From a virus (taxonomy: Duplodnaviria; Caudoviricetes), in IMG/VR virus record IMGVR_UViG_3300020161_002896, positions 1-39,101 of that record: DNA of 39,101 nucleotides; one strand, 5' to 3'. Both the position numbers and the translations under genes were made by a program. The notes beneath the pieces are model-generated. The model was given only the letters and a program-made list of their open reading frames with translations. It searched no databases and was not told the DNA's origin. Below, one piece after another: positions 36,913 through 39,101 of this stretch (position 1 is the stretch's first letter; every line of letters begins with the position of its first letter).

Positions 36913-38601
36913 ATGGCGAAACTGTTTGGTTTTTCGATTGAAGATAACGAACCATTATCTCCTGGTCTTGTTTCCCCCGTTCCTCCAAATAAGGAGGACG
37001 GGGTTGACCATTATCTGAGTAGTGGTTTTTTTGGTTCGTATGTAGATATTGAAGGCGTATATAGAACAGAATTCGATCTCATTAAAAGATATCGTGAAAT
37101 GGCTCTTCACCCAGAGTGTGATAGCGCCATTGAAGATATTGTAAATGAAGCAATTGTATCAGATACAAATGATAGTCCCGTTCAGATTGACTTGGATAAT
37201 CTGAATGCAAGTGATGGTATTAAAAAGAAAATCAGGCAAGAATTCAAACATATCTTAGAACTTTTAGATTTTGATAAGAAGTCTCACGAAATCTACAGGA
37301 ACTGGTACGTTGATGGAAGACTTTATTATCACAAAGTTGTAGATCTAAAGAATCCAGAAGCAGGAATACAAGAACTGAGATACATAGACGCAATGAAGAT
37401 GCGTTATGTTCGACAAGCAATCAAAAAAGAAGATAACAAATATAGAGTTTCAAATAGGAATATTGATAATCCAATGGATTATGCTTTTCCTGAGATTGAA
37501 GAATACTTCATTTATGAACCAAAAATGACTTATCCAACAGGAACTCCAGCTCCTGGAACTTTAGGTGGTTCAAATGCTGGCGTCAAAATGACTAAGGATT
37601 CGATTACTTATTGCACATCGGGTCTTGTGGATAGAAATAAAGGATCAACTCTTTCATATCTTCATAAAGCAATCAAATCACTCAATCAACTTCGTATGAT
37701 TGAGGATTCTTTGGTTATCTATCGTCTTTCTCGTGCTCCCGAAAGAAGAATTTTCTATATTGATGTAGGCAATCTTCCAAAGGTAAAAGCAGAGCAGTAT
37801 CTCAGAGATGTTATGATGAGATATCGTAATAAGCAAGTTTATGATGCTAGTACTGGAGAAATTCGTGATGATAAGAAATTTATGGCAATGCTTGAGGATT
37901 TCTGGTTACCAAGAAGAGAAGGCGGTAGAGGAACTGAAATTTCTACACTTCCTGGTGGACAAAATCTTGGAGAAATTACAGATATTGAATACTTCAAAAA
38001 GAAACTTTATCGTTCACTAAATGTTCCACCATCAAGAATGGATGGAGAAGGTGGATTTAATCTTGGTCGTTCATCAGAAATTCTCAGAGATGAAGTTAAG
38101 TTCAGTAAGTTTGTTGCTCGCCTAAGAAAGAGATTCTCATATATGTTTAGTGATATGCTGAGAACTCAATTGATTCTCAAAAATATTATTACTCCCGAAG
38201 ATTGGAATAAGATGGATGAACATATCCAATATGACTTCCTATATGATAATCACTTTGCAGAACTTAAAGACGCAGAGTTACTGAATGAAAGATTAAATAT
38301 GGTTCAAGTTGCAGAACCTTATGTTGGTAAGTACTTCTCACAAGATTATATTAGAAGAAAAGTTCTTCGCCAAACTGATGTAGAAATTCTTGAGCAAGAT
38401 GAACTTATTAAAAAAGAAATTGAAGAAGGACTAATTCCAGATCCAAATGCGCCAGTTGATCCAATGACAGGAATGCCACTAGATCAAACTTCTCAAATGG
38501 ATCTTGGTCAACCAGTGATGGAACCAGATTTAAGGTCTCAAGAAAAAACAACTGAAGTTAATGCTAAGGCAGTAGAAATGCCCAAGGGCGGTGAGATATA
38601 A
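36913..38601 (+). CDS. gp20: Portal vertex protein gp20
   Basis: LFGFSI, YREMA.HPE.D.AIEDIVNEAIV, NQLRMIEDSLVIYRLSRAPERRIFYIDVGNLPK and EDFWLPRREGGRGTEI.TLPGGQNLG motifs. Confidence 0.97.
   Translation: MAKLFGFSIEDNEPLSPGLVSPVPPNKEDGVDHYLSSGFFGSYVDIEGVYRTEFDLIKRYREMALHPECDSAIEDIVNEAIVSDTNDSPVQIDLDNLNASDGIKKKIRQEFKHILELLDFDKKSHEIYRNWYVDGRLYYHKVVDLKNPEAGIQELRYIDAMKMRYVRQAIKKEDNKYRVSNRNIDNPMDYAFPEIEEYFIYEPKMTYPTGTPAPGTLGGSNAGVKMTKDSITYCTSGLVDRNKGSTLSYLHKAIKSLNQLRMIEDSLVIYRLSRAPERRIFYIDVGNLPKVKAEQYLRDVMMRYRNKQVYDASTGEIRDDKKFMAMLEDFWLPRREGGRGTEISTLPGGQNLGEITDIEYFKKKLYRSLNVPPSRMDGEGGFNLGRSSEILRDEVKFSKFVARLRKRFSYMFSDMLRTQLILKNIITPEDWNKMDEHIQYDFLYDNHFAELKDAELLNERLNMVQVAEPYVGKYFSQDYIRRKVLRQTDVEILEQDELIKKEIEEGLIPDPNAPVDPMTGMPLDQTSQMDLGQPVMEPDLRSQEKTTEVNAKAVEMPKGGEI
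36975..37003 (+). other. GC-rich hairpin inside the 5' coding region of g20
   Basis: CCCCG(T)TCCTCC-AAATAA-GGAGGACGGGG: 11 Watson-Crick pairs with one bulged T. Confidence 0.65.
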
Positions 38602-38604
38602 ATA
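38597..38604 (+). promoter_or_regulatory. Late promoter downstream of g20
   Basis: Perfect T4 consensus TATAAATA overlapping the g20 stop codon. Confidence 0.8.
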
Positions 38605-38632
38605 AAAACGATTATTAATTGGAATTTTAACA

Positions 38633-38794
38633 ATGGACGATTTACTGGATATGATTGCTACTGACGAATCACCTTCTCAGATTAGTGATAAAATTAAAGA
38701 CCTTTTGTTTGCAAAAGCAGCAGAAAAAGTCGATGATTTTCGTCCTGCAGTAGCAAACGCAATGTTCAATAGCGAAACCGCAGAAGAAGAATGA
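38633..38794 (+). CDS. Small acidic protein (53 aa), positional equivalent of prohead core protein gp67; not in ORF track
   Basis: Translation MDDLLDMIATDESPSQISDKIKDLLFAKAAEKVDDFRPAVANAMFNSETAEEE*. Directly after g20, helical with an acidic tail like T4 gp67. Confidence 0.7.
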   Translation: MDDLLDMIATDESPSQISDKIKDLLFAKAAEKVDDFRPAVANAMFNSETAEEE

Positions 38795-39101
38795 AATCCT
38801 TTAAGCAGTTCATCTCAGAGTCTGTAAATATTTCTGGAGATTTTAACGGAAATCTTTACATAAATTCTTCTGAACCAGAGCAACAGTCGGTTGGTGAAGG
38901 ATACGTTGCAGATGTGCTGTGGAATGGAAGTCTCTACAGGATGGAATTAACCAGCAAAACTGGTATTCCATCAAAACAATCTTTAGGTGAAGAATTGCAA
39001 GCGGAGTATCCAGGTGCAATTGTTCATCAAATTTATCCAATTGCAGAAAAGAACTGTAATATCAAAAGAGCAAGCAGATACCACCCATCAAAATTAGAAT
39101 G
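38791..39101 (+). CDS. ORF with an N-terminal capsid-targeting-like sequence, 3' truncated by the window edge; not in ORF track
   Basis: ATGA overlap with the upstream stop. Translation MKSFKQFISESVNISGDFNGNLYINSSEPEQQSVGEGYVADVLWNGSLYRMELTSKTGIPSKQSLGEELQAEYPGAIVHQIYPIAEKNCNIKRASRYHPSKLE..., open to the end of the window. Confidence 0.8.
   Translation, partial: MKSFKQFISESVNISGDFNGNLYINSSEPEQQSVGEGYVADVLWNGSLYRMELTSKTGIPSKQSLGEELQAEYPGAIVHQIYPIAEKNCNIKRASRYHPSKLE

Noticed and set aside
537-39040. All other short minus-strand or alternative-frame ORFs in the track (for example 3959-4174, 12026-12304, 27295-27987, 32671-32968, 38843-39040)
   Set aside because: They lie wholly or almost wholly within well-supported + strand genes and have shadow-ORF composition.
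1-39101. tRNA or rRNA genes, or stop-codon recoding
   Set aside because: Intergenic gaps are short (up to about 80 nt) with no cloverleaf seen, and core genes are full length under the standard code.

Overview
This AT-rich window (roughly 30-35% GC, by eye) is the virion morphogenesis region of a T4-like myophage with cyanophage (Kyanoviridae-like) gene organisation. No host-diagnostic gene is present, so the host is inferred. All credible genes are on the + strand. Gene order: end of a GT-A glycosyltransferase, four small or hypothetical genes, baseplate gp25-gp6-gp7 (4059 aa)-gp8, a VrlC/DUF4815-like 2716-aa virion protein, two small ORFs, neck gp13-gp14, gp15, terminase gp16, an accessory insert, gp17, a Zn-finger ORF, sheath gp18, tube gp19, portal gp20, a gp67-like protein and the start of a further ORF. 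Several real small genes are missing from the ORF track. T4-type late promoters (ATAAATA) punctuate the region. The main signals are: (i) a putative head-cargo system of two ORFs starting with a T4 capsid-targeting-like sequence (MK[T/S]FKQF..E) plus a 577-aa polyprotein-like chain of short basic Cys-paired modules separated by prohead-protease-like (hydrophobic-X-E) sites; (ii) an endonuclease VII-type homing nuclease whose start codon is locked in a perfect 17-bp hairpin with a late promoter in the loop; (iii) a roughly 60% GC Pro/Gly/Ala insert inside the VrlC-like gene; (iv) a possible NblA-like 56-aa protein; and (v) a G-[IVL]-[GAS]-[TS] motif repeated across many virion proteins.
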